64,000 nt of DNA from Octopus bimaculoides (GCF_001194135.2 NC_068998.1:28223136-28287135); one strand, 5' to 3'. Positions 23,511-37,509 are shown, counted from the stretch's first letter. Notes: generated by a model not told the origin, from the letters alone. Program-made: numbers and translations.

Positions 23511-25334
23511 CATTTTTTTTTTATTATCAGGGGGTAAGAAGCCAGAGGAAATAAAACCTATAATTTTCTAATGCTCCCACTTCCACTTTTTTACTTACTT
23601 CTTGAATATATTTTGTTAGTTCAGGAGAAACAACTCAGCCAAGAGTTTTTTTTTTAGTGAGTCATGTTTTTTTTAAAATTTCAGTGTCATGATACATAAT
23701 CAGAAAGCATGCATACTTCTTGTGTTGTCAGATGAGTAAAGGGTGCCTTTCTAGATTGTTGCTGGGCTTATATAATCCAAGCATTGAGTCTTTGACCATA
23801 TCATGTATCTGTAAAGAATGGTGTTTTATTTTATACATTGTACTCGTATTATGTCAGGTGATTCAAATGTCTATTTAGCACTTAAATGGTATATAGACTA
23901 TATAGTTTGCTTCAATTTTATTTTTCAATATATTTTTTTTTATTTTGTTAATATTGTTTAATTAATGTTGTTTGTTTAGAAAAATGCCATTTTCTAAAGA
24001 TGAGAGAATGTTCATTGTCCTAAAAATGGTACAATATAATGTTAATCCTGTTCTGGTGTCTGGGCATATCTAGTTCAAGTGTCAGGAGTGGTCCTTGTGG
24101 TTAGTAATATGAATGGCAGGATAACAGACCAGCTATTCTGAGTCCCTGAGACATGAGAGCCAATTAAATTACTGAAGTTGAGCGGAATGTGTTTATAAAT
24201 GTAGTGACAATGAGGGAAGGCTTTAAGGAGGTAGGAAAGGAGAGAGCATGCATTAAAAAACTCAACCGACTTCAGTTGTTATATTTTAATGCTAAAGTCC
24301 CTTTATAAATTACTAAAGGGACTTTTGAATACTATGTGTGTGTTATGTAGCTTGTTGGTATAGAAGATGGTTGGACAATTATTCATGGTCAGTTGAACAT
24401 GTTTGCTTAAAGTATATGTTTTTGAAACATTAGGCTATGAAGAAGTGCAGAGATTTAGCTTTACAAAGAATCAAGATTTTTCCTGATTGGTATAGAAGTA
24501 GAAAATATATTTTGACTTGTCTTTATCCAAAGCGAATGAAGTATATATTTCAGAATGTGGTTTGAAATAAAGTTATTTGAAAAAGCTTGTAATGGCATGT
24601 GTGTGTATGTCTTTTGTTGATTATTATAAAAAAGACATAAGCATGGAAGCTTCTTCACAAGAATGTATTTAATAAAGAATGTGGCAAAAGGAATTAATCT
24701 CGTTTGAGCCAGATCCAGTTTGCTAAAAGTTAGTGTGTGAAGAATAAAAGAGAAGTAAACTGAAAGGTTTATGCCAGATGACTGATTTAGAAGCATCTAA
24801 TTGCTGCATATGCAATTTATAGGTTTACTGTGTCATGTACAAGAAATCTGATAGAACTCGTATGTCAACTTCATTTAATCTTCTTCATTAAAATATTTTT
24901 CCTTTTCCATGTTGATAAATATTTTCTGCAAAAACATTGGCTAAATTACAGAAAGCAGGACAAGATAGTGGTAGTAGAGCCAATGCAAAATACTGGCATT
25001 CTCTTGGGACAGAATGTGATCTTGGCATCATTTATCACCACATTTCTCTGCAGTTTGTTGTGAATTTATTTACTCACTTGTCTTACCACCTAATTGCAAT
25101 GTCAGATGTTCAATGATTTCTACAGTGCACAGTATTGACGGTATAGATGTATGGACACAGATGTATAGTTATAAATTTCTTTAAGAATATGTTTCAAAAC
25201 AAGAAAAGAAAATGGTGAACTAGCGATAGAGTTGAAAATGTAATTATCTAGCTATACATTATTTGCATTGTCATATTGCAAGTTAAAACACATTGAATAT
25301 TTCATGTTTCTAACTTAAGTTCATTTTCTTACAG

Positions 25335-25412
25335 GGAATTATGTTAGTCTATGATATCACAAATGAAAAATCATTTGAAAACATAAGAAATTGGATTCGG
25401 AATATTGAAGAG
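25335..25412 (+). CDS. Rab8: Rab8 exon 4 (78 nt)
   Basis: TTACAG|[32 protein letters not shown]; donor GAG|GTAAGT. Confidence 0.98.
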
Positions 25413-25655
25413 GTAAGTTTAACCAAGTTTTATTAGTTTTGTAAAAATTGAAATAAAATGAGCTAGTGAGAGTGAGATACATTTGTTCCAATAGTGTCTA
25501 TTAAGAATATTCTTTTCACAATTATCATTTTTTTTTTTCTGGCTGTTATTTTAAAGAAATTATTTTTATTTTTTGAGAATGAGAACCTTCAAAATATTGT
25601 ACATTTGTTAAAATAAAACCAATTCTTTGTCCTTATTAGTATTATTTCACACTGT

Positions 25656-26085
25656 AAGGCAGCGAGCTGGCAGAATTGTTAGTATGCTGGGCAAAATGCT
25701 TAGTGGCATTTCACCCATCTTTACAATCTGAGTTCAAATTCTGAGGTTGACTTTGCCTTTCAGTTTTTCAGGGTCAATAAAATAAGTACCAGTTGAGCAC
25801 TGGGGTTGATGTAATCGACTTACCTCCTCCCTTGAAATTTCTGGCCTTGTGCTAAAATTTGAAGCCAATATTTTAAGGCAGTGAGCTGGCAGAATTGTTA
25901 CTGTGCCAGGCAAAATGTTTAGTGGCATTTTATCTGTCTTTGTGTTCTGAGTTCAAATTCTGTCAACCTTACTTTTCATCCTATCAGTCAATAAAATAAG
26001 TACCAGAACACTGGGAGTTAATGTAATCGACACCTCCCCACCCCTCGATGTTGCTGGCCTTGTGCCAAAATTTGAAGTCAATATT
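25656..26085 (+). mobile_element. Head-to-tail dimer of a tRNA-derived SINE
   Basis: Two ~215-bp units AAGGCAG.GAGCTGGCAGAATTGTTA (A box)...GAGTTCAAATTC (B box)...TAAAATTTGAAG.CAATATT. Confidence 0.9.
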
Positions 26086-26481
26086 ATTTTACACTGTGAT
26101 GAGAACTGTCTCCAGTTATCTCTAACATAAACAATAACAAATAAATTAAATGTTTATAGGTTAATTTATATAGACCTTGTTTTGTAGTACATATTTTGAC
26201 CTAAAGTACAAAGTATGCCGAAATATTTTCAAAAAGTGAACATGACTAAAAAATAATGTTTGAGAACCACTGCTCTAGACTATGAGATGTACTCTTATTG
26301 TGTATGACAGTATAGATTGAATCTGAAGTAATTTAAAGTTTGAATGAGGTTATTATATAATTAAGCTGAACAGATATATTGAGATGCATGGACTGAATAT
26401 TAAAATGGTGACAATGATGCTAAATTATTAAAAATAATGATTATGAATTCTAATAATAATCTGCATTTATTTTATTTGCAG

Positions 26482-26571
26482 CACGCTTCTAAAGACGTTG
26501 AGAAAATGATTTTAGGTAACAAATGTGATATGACTGATCGACGACAAGTATCTAAGGAAAGAGGAGAACAG
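26482..26571 (+). CDS. Rab8: Rab8 exon 5 (90 nt)
   Basis: TTGCAG|[36 protein letters not shown] (NKxD motif); donor CAG|GTAAAT. Confidence 0.98.
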
Positions 26572-27498
26572 GTAAATACACACACACGCAATTATTTTGT
26601 CTTTCAAGCATAGAATGAATGACTTTTATTACTTATAACATCTTATTTATTCAATGCTGTGATTGTTTATACCATATATCAGTCCTACACAGGTATTGAC
26701 TATAGATATCAATGTTCTTAACAAGGTATAAGTTCAGTTGGATACAATATCAAGCAACATAACTTATTGGCATATTTTTATTTCATGATAATTTTCTCAA
26801 CTACTTTTTTATTCCATCTTCTTCGGCATATGAAAATCTTAAGATGTCCAACAATAAGAATAGCAATTCTGCATCAAATATGACTCTTTTACATGACAAA
26901 AATTTTTCAATATTCTTCATTGCCTAAGCTGATACTTCCTGGCCCTAGGTGGAACTGCACATGGGCTGCATTTGTGGAATAATGCAATGAAGAGAATTAA
27001 TCTCTTCATTAACTACCTCTCTAATGATAACTTCCATCAAATTAAAAATTGTGTGAGATACCAAGAAGAATTGAACCAGCTAGAGTGTAGTGGCTTATTA
27101 TACTAGATAACTCTTTGAGCAAAATATTCAACATGACAAACGTTCTAGAGCAAGTGACTCGACACAACATTTGTTTTTCTTCTCAGCGGTACTCTCTTTC
27201 CTGTGCTGGACCTGATGTTGAAAAGATTCTTCAGTTGCAGAATCTGACCCAAACTAGTTAAGCTCCATTAAGACAAAAAGGAAATCTGGTTCTGATAAGT
27301 GCGTGCTTCTTTTGTGGGAACAGATAACATCAATGAATGTTTCATTCTGTTTGTGAAGCAGACTATAATTCTTTTCATTTTATCAGTCATTTTGAGATTC
27401 TTTGCTTATCTAAGAAAACAAAAGACAGAATCAGGCTTCCTACTACAAAGTAACCACTATGAAAGCAAGGAGTGATATCAAATCAGTTATGCCATATA

Positions 27499-29106
27499 CA
27501 GTGGGGGGAAATAAATATTCGTACATGTCAAAATTCTTTATTTATTTAATTTCTAATGAACATAAATGGGATATACCAATATTACATTTGCATACACATG
27601 CATAAACTAAGAATATGTAAAAAAAAAACCAATAAATTATTGTGACTAATGAATTTATATACAATTATAAATATTTAGGGGTGAAAAAAGTATTCGTACA
27701 GAACATAAATAACCGATAATTCTGATTTAATACTTCGTAGCATAACCATTATTCAGTTCCACTTCAATCAAACTCTTCTTGTAGTTCTTAATCAATGACC
27801 CTCATGTTTCTTTAGGAATTTTTCCCCATTCTTCTTGACAAATTTTCTTCACATCTGGAATGCACGTTGGGGCTCTTGAATGAATTTTAATTTTCAAATA
27901 ACGGCACAAATTTTCAATGGGGTTTAAGTCAGGTGACTGGCTTGGCCATTCTAATAATTTTATATTGTGATCAACAATCCATTTTTTGGTAGACTTTGCT
28001 GTGTGCTTAGGGTCGTTATCTTATTGCAAAACCCACCCTTCACAAAGCTGGAGCTTTTCTACAGAGTCCCATAAACTATTGTTAAAAATATTTTGGTACA
28101 CCTCTGCATTCATTCTACCATCTATCACAGGTAAATTGCCAGTGCCATTTGCAGAGAAACACTCCCACACCATAATGTTGCCACCTCCAAACATTACGGT
28201 AGGAATTGTGTTTTTCAGCAAATAGGCGGTACCATCTTTCCTCCAAACATGGCTATGTGAATTTCGTACAAACAATTCAATTTTTGACTCGTCTGTCCAT
28301 AGAACATTTTCCCAGAATGTATCAGATTTATCTTTATGTTCATAAGCAAATTTTAAACAGGCATCTCTATGCCTTTTAGTCAACAGCGGAGTTTTTCTAG
28401 AAGAGCGTGACTTCAGTTCATTCCTATGAAGTTCATTGCTGATTGTTTGTAGTGTAACACTGAAGCTAAGAAATCTTCTTGCAACTCCTTTTTGGTGATC
28501 ATTGCATTTTTTTCGATTCTTCGCTTCATTTTTCTTAAAGATCTGGGGGAAATCTTGCGTGGTGCACTGGATCTTATTCTGTTTTCAACAGTTCTTGATT
28601 TTTTTATATCTTTGAATAAATGAAGATATGGTAGAAAATGGAATACAATGGGTCTCTGATATTTTCCTGTAACTTTTACCTGCTTTCCACTGTTCAATAA
28701 TTAAGTTTTTCACTGAATTTGTGAGTTCTTTACTTTTTGCCATTATTACGACATTACTTTATGTTGTCTCTGTGCTGAATGAAGAAGTTCGCGTTTTGAC
28801 ACTTAAAAATGACAACTGATAAGATTATTGGAATAAACAAGAAAGTTCTAGTAAAAAAAAAATAATTTTAACAGTATTTTGTGGCATACAAAATCATAAA
28901 TTTATTCTGTACGAATACTTTTTTCACCCCTAAATATATATAATTGTATATAAATTCATTAGTTACTATAATTTATTAGTTTCTTTTGCATATTCTTAGT
29001 TTATGCTTGTGTATGCAAATATAGTATTGGTATATCCCATTTATGTTCATTAGAAATTAAATAAATAAAGAATTTTGACGTGTACGAATATTTAATTCCC
29101 TCACTG
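27499..29106 (-). mobile_element. Full-length decayed Tc1 (DD34E) transposon with ~200-bp IR/DR-type TIRs
   Basis: TA|CAGTG...CACTG|TA; TIRs 27499-27703 and 28905-29106 with an internal repeated TATTCGTAC; disrupted transposase 28743-27727 ([34 protein letters not shown]). Confidence 0.95.
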
Positions 29107-29149
29107 TATGGTTGATTGACTAGATCAAGACTTGTCTTTGCTTCACAAA

Positions 29150-30330
29150 AGAATCAATATAGCAATGAAAATGATTAACATTGGGGAACAAGCTAATAAC
29201 CAACCATGCCAGACTCTGGAGCAACTTGGTACAACAGAATCCAAGTCTGTTATTAGAAATTTAAAGGAACAAATAATAACTGCTAATGATGAGGTATTGC
29301 ATGTAACCCAAGTATGCACTACAAAATTTTCAATATTAGGAAAAGTGTAAACTTAGCCTGAATGCACAGAATCTATTATTCATGGCCTGGAATACTAGGA
29401 TCGAATTCTGATTCTTTAGTTAAGGCTATCTATCAATAAGCATTCAGTGCAATGCTTTAACTCCAAGCTTGATACAACCTGTCTCTGCCTTTCAGTTCAT
29501 TAGGTGTTAAGTCAAACCAGTTGCTGCACGAAGCTGAAGGTTCTCTAAACGAGAGAATTCATTCATAAGAAGGGAGACAATGATTGCAAGCAAGACTGCA
29601 TCATCCATCCAGGTTATTCTTTGTAATGTTCATTGGTGTTCATGGTCATAAATAAGAAGAAACGATTAGTAGTGGATTTCAGCCAAACTATGAATTTGCA
29701 TACTTCCCTTGATGCTTACTCAATGCCAAAGGTCATTAAAAATGTAAACAACCCAGACTTGAAAACTACTTACATCAGATGTTAATCATCTTGGATATAG
29801 AGCATCATTATTCTGCTAATGGAAGACCCAGGCAATTCTATTGATTTCTGTTCAGTTTCACCAAAGAATTGTGGGAACCATCAATAAAATCTACTAGATG
29901 ATACTTCAGCTTATGTTGACAACATTATATAAGCTGGAAACAGCTTGGATGAATATAAATTCTGACAAAATTCATGAAGTTACAAAAGAACTTAGTCTCA
30001 CATTCGGTACAGAAGAGACTGTATCAAATGTGAAATGCATGTGTAACATCTCTTATACAGCTTTTAAGCCTGACTTTGAACAAACCAAGTTTTCACTTCA
30101 TGTTTCACCTCTAGAATCATTGTAGGTCTTGTCTCTTATTATAATGGTTGTATATCTGGTTTCTCAAAATGAACAATCTCTCTAACATAGCCTAACTCTT
30201 TCCCATTAAACAGGGAAGAAATTGAAGTCTTTGAATCTCTTAAGTGGGGCATTGTTGATTCAGTATTATCTGTCATTGATAAAAATGTTCCAGGTAAAAC
30301 CAGGTGCTTCTGAATTTGCCATTTCTGTCT
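29150..30330 (-). mobile_element. Probable old Gypsy protease/RT remnant
   Basis: SLFNGKELGY..IVHFEKPDIQP and GLFTFLMTFGI resemble Gypsy pol motifs; heavily degraded. Confidence 0.4.
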
Positions 30331-30664
30331 TCTCAGTTTCACTTATAAGGTATGGATTGATCCAAGGCTATAGAAAAGGGCATTTTCCCAATATGCCATG
30401 CAGTGGATCAAACTGGAGACCTCATAGTTGTGAATGAAGTTCTAAACCATTTTGCTATACTTCACTTACATATAATATATATCTGCATATAACTAAGATA
30501 ATTTAATCATGGTTGAAAGGCAAAACTACCCTGCTAGCCCTTCCTCCCATGACCTATTACATCTACTGACTTGGGTGAGTACTGCAGTACTCATTCAGAC
30601 AAGCCTGTCCTGTATCCATCCACCCACCCTACAAAAAACCAACAATCAGCTAGCTTAGCTTAGC

Positions 30665-30701
<37 letters not shown>

Positions 30702-31859
30702 ATGACTGACTGCATATTCCACACATCTTTATAAACAAAAGCTTTACTGAAACTGAATGGAAAGGTGTATGCTACATGTGTACCAAGTGCCATGATATGT
30801 CACTTGGGAGATGTGATGCAGAAAGTAGGACAAAATAGAGAAGACTGTCATGGGGCCTGTAAAGCTAGCTCTTCCTTGAATTATGGCCCTTAATGATCTC
30901 TAAAGATTTAGCTTAAGTTTTAGCAAAGAAGCTGGTGCTTATAGTTGGGAAAATGTAAGCCTCCATGACAGCCTCCACCTCCTGTGATGCATCTCATTCA
31001 GTTGTTACTGCTGTGACTGGAGGTATGTAGGGAGATTCTATTCAAAGTAGCATGCAGTCTACTGCGATGTCACCATCATATTAAACACCATGGAGGTTGA
31101 GGTGGGTAATATCTTTTTAAAGAAATACAAGGCATTAATTCACTCCTGTGAGACAATGGACTTGCAGCTTCATACTTAGAGAGGCAAGGGAAATATACTG
31201 ACAGGCTGTTTAAGTTATTTAAGGGTCTGGTTCATTCCAGTTCTGGTGGATAGAAACTTGGACAAGGTTCCAAGAAGTGTTGCTAGTTTCACTCAAATAT
31301 CGTGTGAGAGTAAGCTCTCTCTTTAAACATGGGCAAAGTGATTATTGTGTGCACCACCTCTATTGTATATTGCTGTTGTGCTTTGTCCCAGTTTTTGCTT
31401 GACTAGATTGGTGCATCTCTTTTCCTTTATGTAGATGTGTTCCATTGGTTAAAAGGTCCATCTCTTACCGACAACCTTTACTTGGCAGACTTAGTATTTT
31501 GTAGCTGGTGAGGTGTGAATGTGCAGAGATTCTTAGACAAGCAGCAAGTGTTGTCACGGTTTATCATATAGAATTTCTCATAGACAGCCACTCTAAACTC
31601 CTTTGATATAGCATAAAGAACTGTAATGTATAGGAAGGGAGCCGAGAAATGCACAATGAATTCCTTGCTGAACTTGTTGCAAATTCACTTCTTGATGGTG
31701 TCCTCGGGAAACCATCAGGTGGAGTGAGTCACATGATAAATTACGACTTCCAGAATCAAACTACCTGAGAGGGTTTTACCTTTTCAAAGCAGTAAACAGA
31801 GCTCCTTGTTGGTTAACTACTGATGACGTTCCATAAATTTTAGTTTTAACTTTACAAAA

Positions 31860-32150
31860 TTTCGCTGGAATGGTCAATCAAACCAAGGGAGAATACTCCC
31901 GATCATTATAATATGAATAGTGAATATGTGGCCGCTTTCTATGTCGCCTACTATATTCAAAATGACTGTCCCCAACAAGACTCTGGAACTGTGAGGCTAG
32001 CTGTTGGACTTTTTCTACTGATTCATAAAGCTTGGTAACATAGGGGACCCAAATCACAAGAGCCAAGAGGCTTCTCCAATTTGGGGATCACTTGATCACA
32101 TGGTTCATTCGGGTCTTGCTGGATAATTTAAATTAACACAAGTCAGTAAA
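31860..32150 (-). mobile_element. CR1-like LINE fragment
   Basis: VIWVPYVTKLYESVEKVQQLAS resembles VWSPY..KDI..LEKVQR.AT. Confidence 0.55.
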
Positions 32151-32567
32151 TTTGCTGGATCAGCTATATATGTTGGCATTATTATTTGTAGCTTGTAACT
32201 CAGTGGTTTGGCAAATAGATATTGATAAAGTACCAGACTGAAATAAATACTGGAGTACTTATGAGAATGTAGTGCCACATTTCATTGACTGAAAACACTG
32301 AAAAAATGACATGAATGAGATATTGTAAAGATAAATGTCTGAAGTACAACAAATTATGTACTTATGCTTTTAAAATATTCATATTCTACAGGTGAAAAGT
32401 ATAAATCTTTGCATTCATTAGTGTTTAATTTTTCAGAACAATAAAGTATATTGTCATCTTGATAAGAAAATACTCTAAAATGCTTTAATCAATGTAACTT
32501 TCCTACTCATAACATTGGAAAGGCATTTTAATAACTGTTCAACTGCTTATTTTTTTTTTTACTTTAG

Positions 32568-32684
32568 CTTGCAATTGAACATGGCATAAAATTCATGGAA
32601 ACCAGTGCTAAAGCCAGTATCAATGTAGAGGATGCCTTCTTTACTTTGGCTAGAGATATTAAAGCAAAAATGGACCGTAAAATG
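32568..32684 (+). CDS. Rab8: Rab8 exon 6 (117 nt)
   Basis: TTTAG|[45 protein letters not shown] (ETSAK motif); donor ATG|GTAAGT. Confidence 0.98.
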
Positions 32685-33239
32685 GTAAGTTTTTGTGTAC
32701 ATTTTTCTCTTATGTTAAAGTTTATAAAGACAAATCCATAATAGTGATGCCCCAGTATGGTCACTGATAACTGACTAGAAACGAGCAATTCTGTTAGAAT
32801 TCCTATGAGTGACTTTAAAAGAATGGCTGATCATTGATAGAACTTGTTCTGTTTTGGTTTGTAAAATAATTTGTCAGGACATGATGCTATTTCAGCTGTT
32901 AGTTTTATTTAACTAAAAAAATATTCAAAAGCTTCCAAGTGTTCTTTTTCTAACTGTCAGAAACTTTGTTAGAAACCTTGTTTTGAAAGAAAATGATCAA
33001 TAGAAACTATGTTAAGCACAAATATTTTAACACTATAATCCTTTCACAGACTAAAATGGTTATTTTTGAAACAAATTTTTGAATGATTACCCTTTACTAA
33101 CAATTCTTATATTAATTCTATTTTGAGGAGAATAGTTGATGATTATAGAGTGTAAGAGGAATGATGCAATTTGAGTTTGAAGAAGTTAGCAATTAACTGT
33201 TGATATAAATATTTTTGTTGATCATACCTTAATGGAACA

Positions 33240-33283
<44 letters not shown>

Positions 33284-33284
<1 letters not shown>

Positions 33285-33448
33285 CACTCTCTGAGTGGTT
33301 GGCGTTAGGAAGGGCATCCAGCTGTAGAAACTCTGCCAAATTTAGATTGGAGCCTGGTGTTGCCATCCGGTTTCACCAGTCCTCAGTCAAGTCGTCCAAC
33401 CCATGCTAGCATGGAAAGTGGACGTTAAACGATGATGATGATGATGAT
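33284..33448 (+). mobile_element. Young 5'-truncated RTE-tail element inserted at a (TA)n tract
   Basis: GGTTGGCGTTAGGAAGGGCATCCAGCTGTAG...GGACGTTAAAC(GAT)n. Confidence 0.9.
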
Positions 33449-34404
33449 AAATACTTGGAAAGGAAGAGTTTCACAGCAATATTCTCTTCAAAAATGAGTG
33501 GTTGCATGCAGTATTTTAGTAGCAGTCTGTGAGACAATAAGATATTGGAATCATATAAGTAAATAGTTCAGAATTCATTGATTCATTATCAAGTATTTAG
33601 TGCTCAGTGGAAATTGAGTTGAATTGATTCCTTTTTTCACTTTGAACTTTATTGCTTATGTTACTACTAGTTGAAATTTTTTCTAGACATTTTTTTTTCA
33701 TTCCTTTTGGGTTCATCTCTTATGTATCACCACTCAATTTTTTCTTTTCAATGAGGTCTGATTCCTATATTTTTTGTCCCTCTACCTCATTATTTGGTCA
33801 GCCTATGCCTAATTTTAATTTTTGTTGCAGCAAGATCTTATATTCATTTAGTTTCTATTGAATCTTGTGTAATTTCTATTATCATGTGGTCTGAAGAGTG
33901 GGTTTGCATCTGTAACCTTTTATAATCTCTTAGAGGGGTGGGATCCCTTTCTCCTGAAGAGAGCTAGGAACACATTGTCCAAAATGTTCTTTTCTAAAAT
34001 GGTAGTGTTATTCAAGATGTATGTGACTGCTATTTTTGTGAAGTTGAGCAACCACCTAATGGCTCCCTCATTGGCTTGTTCCTTCTCATGAAGTTACTGC
34101 AGTTGGTGTTCATTTTGTAATTTTGAAGATTGATTATTATAGAAAAAACTTGACAGAAAATGTGTTTACTAAGTTTTCAGGTCTTGGACTGGAAGGTTTT
34201 AAGCTTTCTACTTTTAAATCATAGTATCATTTCACTTCAGATGATGAAGGATGCTTTTAGTGAAAATACGCCACCCTGAATAACTCATAAACTCTTCATA
34301 TAAACAAAAAGTTCTACTAAAATGTGATTAAAATAGTTACCTTTTTTTATGAAATATATATATATATTTTTTATTTAATCTCTTTGTTTTCCATCATTTA
34401 TGAG

Positions 34405-34510
34405 AAATTGTCAAAATTACACATAACATTAGATATAGAATTGTCAAAATTACACAGAAAAGATTAGATACCAAATTGTCAAGATTACACAAAAGATTAG
34501 ACACAAAATT
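34405..34510 (+). repeat. ~33-bp minisatellite, about 3 copies
   Basis: AAATTGTCAAAATTACAC...ATTAGA repeated three times. Confidence 0.8.
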
Positions 34511-35464
34511 TTTAATTAAGATGGTAAAAAAATAATTATGAAAGAATTATTTCCCTTTGTTTTGTTATTGATAGAAATTTCCCTGTACTATTTTGGATTA
34601 TATTATATTAATGGTTCAAAACGGTGACAGAAGAAAATCCTACTTATATCATCAAAATTTAATAAACGACTATTTTCTAATTGTGTTTTGTGACTAATGG
34701 GTAATGTTGCTGTCAGAATGGAAAATTTTGATATCACTTTATCAACATCCTAATCACAACAATCCTGTCATTGAATTTGTTCAATAACAGAATTTTTTTC
34801 ACTAGTTTGCAGGAAATTTTGTATATTAAATCTGTAAAATAATTACTTGATTAACTAGCAATCTCTTTGGTTGAGAGTCTGTTTGTAAAATTTGAGAAGG
34901 TGTAGTCATAATAGTTAGCTGTATGCTCAGAAATAGATTTTAATATAGTGAGACCCTAAGTTATAGGATCCAGTAGAGGCCTATATGACAGTTGTAAACA
35001 GAAAGTAAAGCTGTGTAACAAGTGAAGTTTGCAAGAGATTACAAATCTGTGTATAGTGATTAGAAGAAACAGTATTCTTAGAATTTTAAACTTGTTTTTA
35101 ATTATTCAGTTTCAAGATATTTAACAAAATGAAAATATTGGAAATTCATTCTTAATAGGTTAAATAATTAAGAGTTAATTTCTTGGAATAAAATATTCTT
35201 GTAATTACCAGAAAAGGAAGTGTTAATTTCAAGTTATAACCTCATTAGCTCTGATAAAGCAATTTATAATTGACAAAACATAAGAACTGCTAAAACATTG
35301 CAGCTGATGGAACCTCATGTAACATAAAAAAAGTAGTAGTTAGGTGGCTTCTTTGAATCTTAGGCTTGAAAATTACACATTGTATGTAAAAAAGTTAATA
35401 AAATCATGAAAAGCATGATGGAAATACAATGAGCAACAACAAACAATGCCACTGATTTTCACAA

Positions 35465-36060
35465 TGTCAAGTGTGCCCCAAACACTTTAATCTCTCTTTG
35501 GTGATACACCCTGATAATTGGAAGCATACCTCTAAAGTAATTGAAAGAGCCATTAACAATAATGTTCTCCAACACTTTGAATCTCTCTCTCTCAGTAACC
35601 ACCAGTACAACTTTTTGAGAGCTAGATCCTCTGGAGACCTGCTCTCTTTCTTCACTCACCAGTGGATTCTCAAAGTGAAAGCAATGTTGTTGCTCAAGAA
35701 AGCTTTTGAAAGTGTCTGGCATGGAAATTTATCAAAACTTCTTGCTTTATGGGCTTCACTCATCTTTTCTTAGTATAGCTGGGATCACCATTCAAAGACT
35801 GGCTCTTCTGTGCCTGAAAATATTTCATGCACCAACAGTTGTTGACACTCTGCAAGACTCAAGTGATGCCCACAATGGAATATTGGTCCCACATCTAGGA
35901 CACTGCTACTACTATGTATACAGGCATCTTGGACTGCATCCATAGAAGGACCACATGACCAACTGAAATTCAATCATAGACATTTGAGCCTCCCTCTCTG
36001 TCTTTTTAATCTCTTCTATAATGGCTTCCATTAATCTCAGCTCCTGACCAACTTGCCTTT
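35465..36060 (+). mobile_element. CR1/Jockey-like LINE RT remnant
   Basis: SKVIERAIN..QYNFLRARSSGDLL..KAFESVWHGNL, then EYWSHI..LDCIHRR. Confidence 0.75.
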
Positions 36061-37509
36061 CTACTTCTNNNNNNNNNNNNNNNNNNNNNNNNNNNNNNNN
36101 NNNNNNNNNNNNNNNNNNNNNNNNNNNNNNNNNNNNNNNNNNCCATTATACCCAGTCCTTTCTCCCCAGAATATTGGTCCTCTGAAATCTTGCCCCTGTT
36201 CATATTTTTTCCCTGCAACAGTTTAAGTGGAACATAACTGGCATCAATCTCATTGGTGTTATAGGTCATATGCAATGCTCCTTTCTCATGGCTTAATAAG
36301 TGCAGAAAAAAGTCACTTAAATAAAGAAAACAACTGTAATTATATTTGATAAAATTAATATTAATTTAATATTAATTCTTAAATATCAGATCTTTTAAGC
36401 TTGTGTAAATAATGATTTTTTTCAATAATTGGGTCTTATTTGTTAATGTTAATTATTACTTGGGTTAAACCCTTTCTTAAATACAAATTATGATACTGTA
36501 ACAAATGAAGAAATTCTGAAATTTTTGAGTGTCCTTTCTGACCATAAGGTCCTAAACTGTAGCTTGTTTGATTTTCATCTAAACCCTAAAAGACAGTAAG
36601 TAGTAAAGGAAAAACTGATAAAACTTAAATTGTTGTAAGAACAATTACCTAATTGGACAAGCATTTCTTTTTGCTTTACTTTCCTTAAAACGAACAAAAA
36701 TATTTTTGATAGATTTTTTTTTCCCCCTTATAGTCTTAGTTTCCTTGAGTTTATTCTTTGATTAATTTTTTAGAACTGCAGTTATTGCCATCTTTTAAGC
36801 AATATCTTTATTTTAATGTTTGGTATTTATATCATTTTCAATTTAAATCTCTAGTGAGAATTATTAAACTGAAATTTATCTTTTTAAAGTGTAACCTGCT
36901 TTCTAAGCTACAACTTTACTCATAGAAGTTATACAACAGTTAAATCAATAGCAAGTTGAATTAAACACAAACTCTATAATGGCTAAAGATCAAGCCCAAG
37001 GGGAAATTAACTGAAATTAATGATCCAGCAAATATAGTCAGTAATTTTACTGGTAGATAATTACAATGTTGCAAACTAATAAGTATGAAATTTGTAGTTT
37101 CAGTTTCACTGAAACACTTCTATGAGAATTTGGAGAAAATGCAGGATACTTGGACTTAACGTTTTCATGGCAGTTGAAGACTGTTTTCTCTGGAAACTTT
37201 TATATTTGATTATTTGGTTCTCATTATAAAATCTGTCAAAGTTACAGGAAGAGCCCCAATTGTGGCAACATAATATCTGGTCTGTGTTTAATATTTCTAC
37301 TGTACTGATTTAAAAACTAATACGGCAGAGAGCAAAGTGCTAATTAGTAGCAGTACAAAATCAATGTCGTTAATCTTGTTTGATATGTAGAAAGAAAGCT
37401 TAGTACTGTATGCACTCTAAAACACTGGTATTTAAAAGATGCAGTGAAGTGATTGGAGCACTACCATGTGGCCAAGGTTTTGGATTTAGTAGATGCACAA
37501 GAATAAGGT

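Noticed and set aside
25656-25740. tRNA gene
   Set aside because: A/B boxes belong to SINE heads; no cloverleaf
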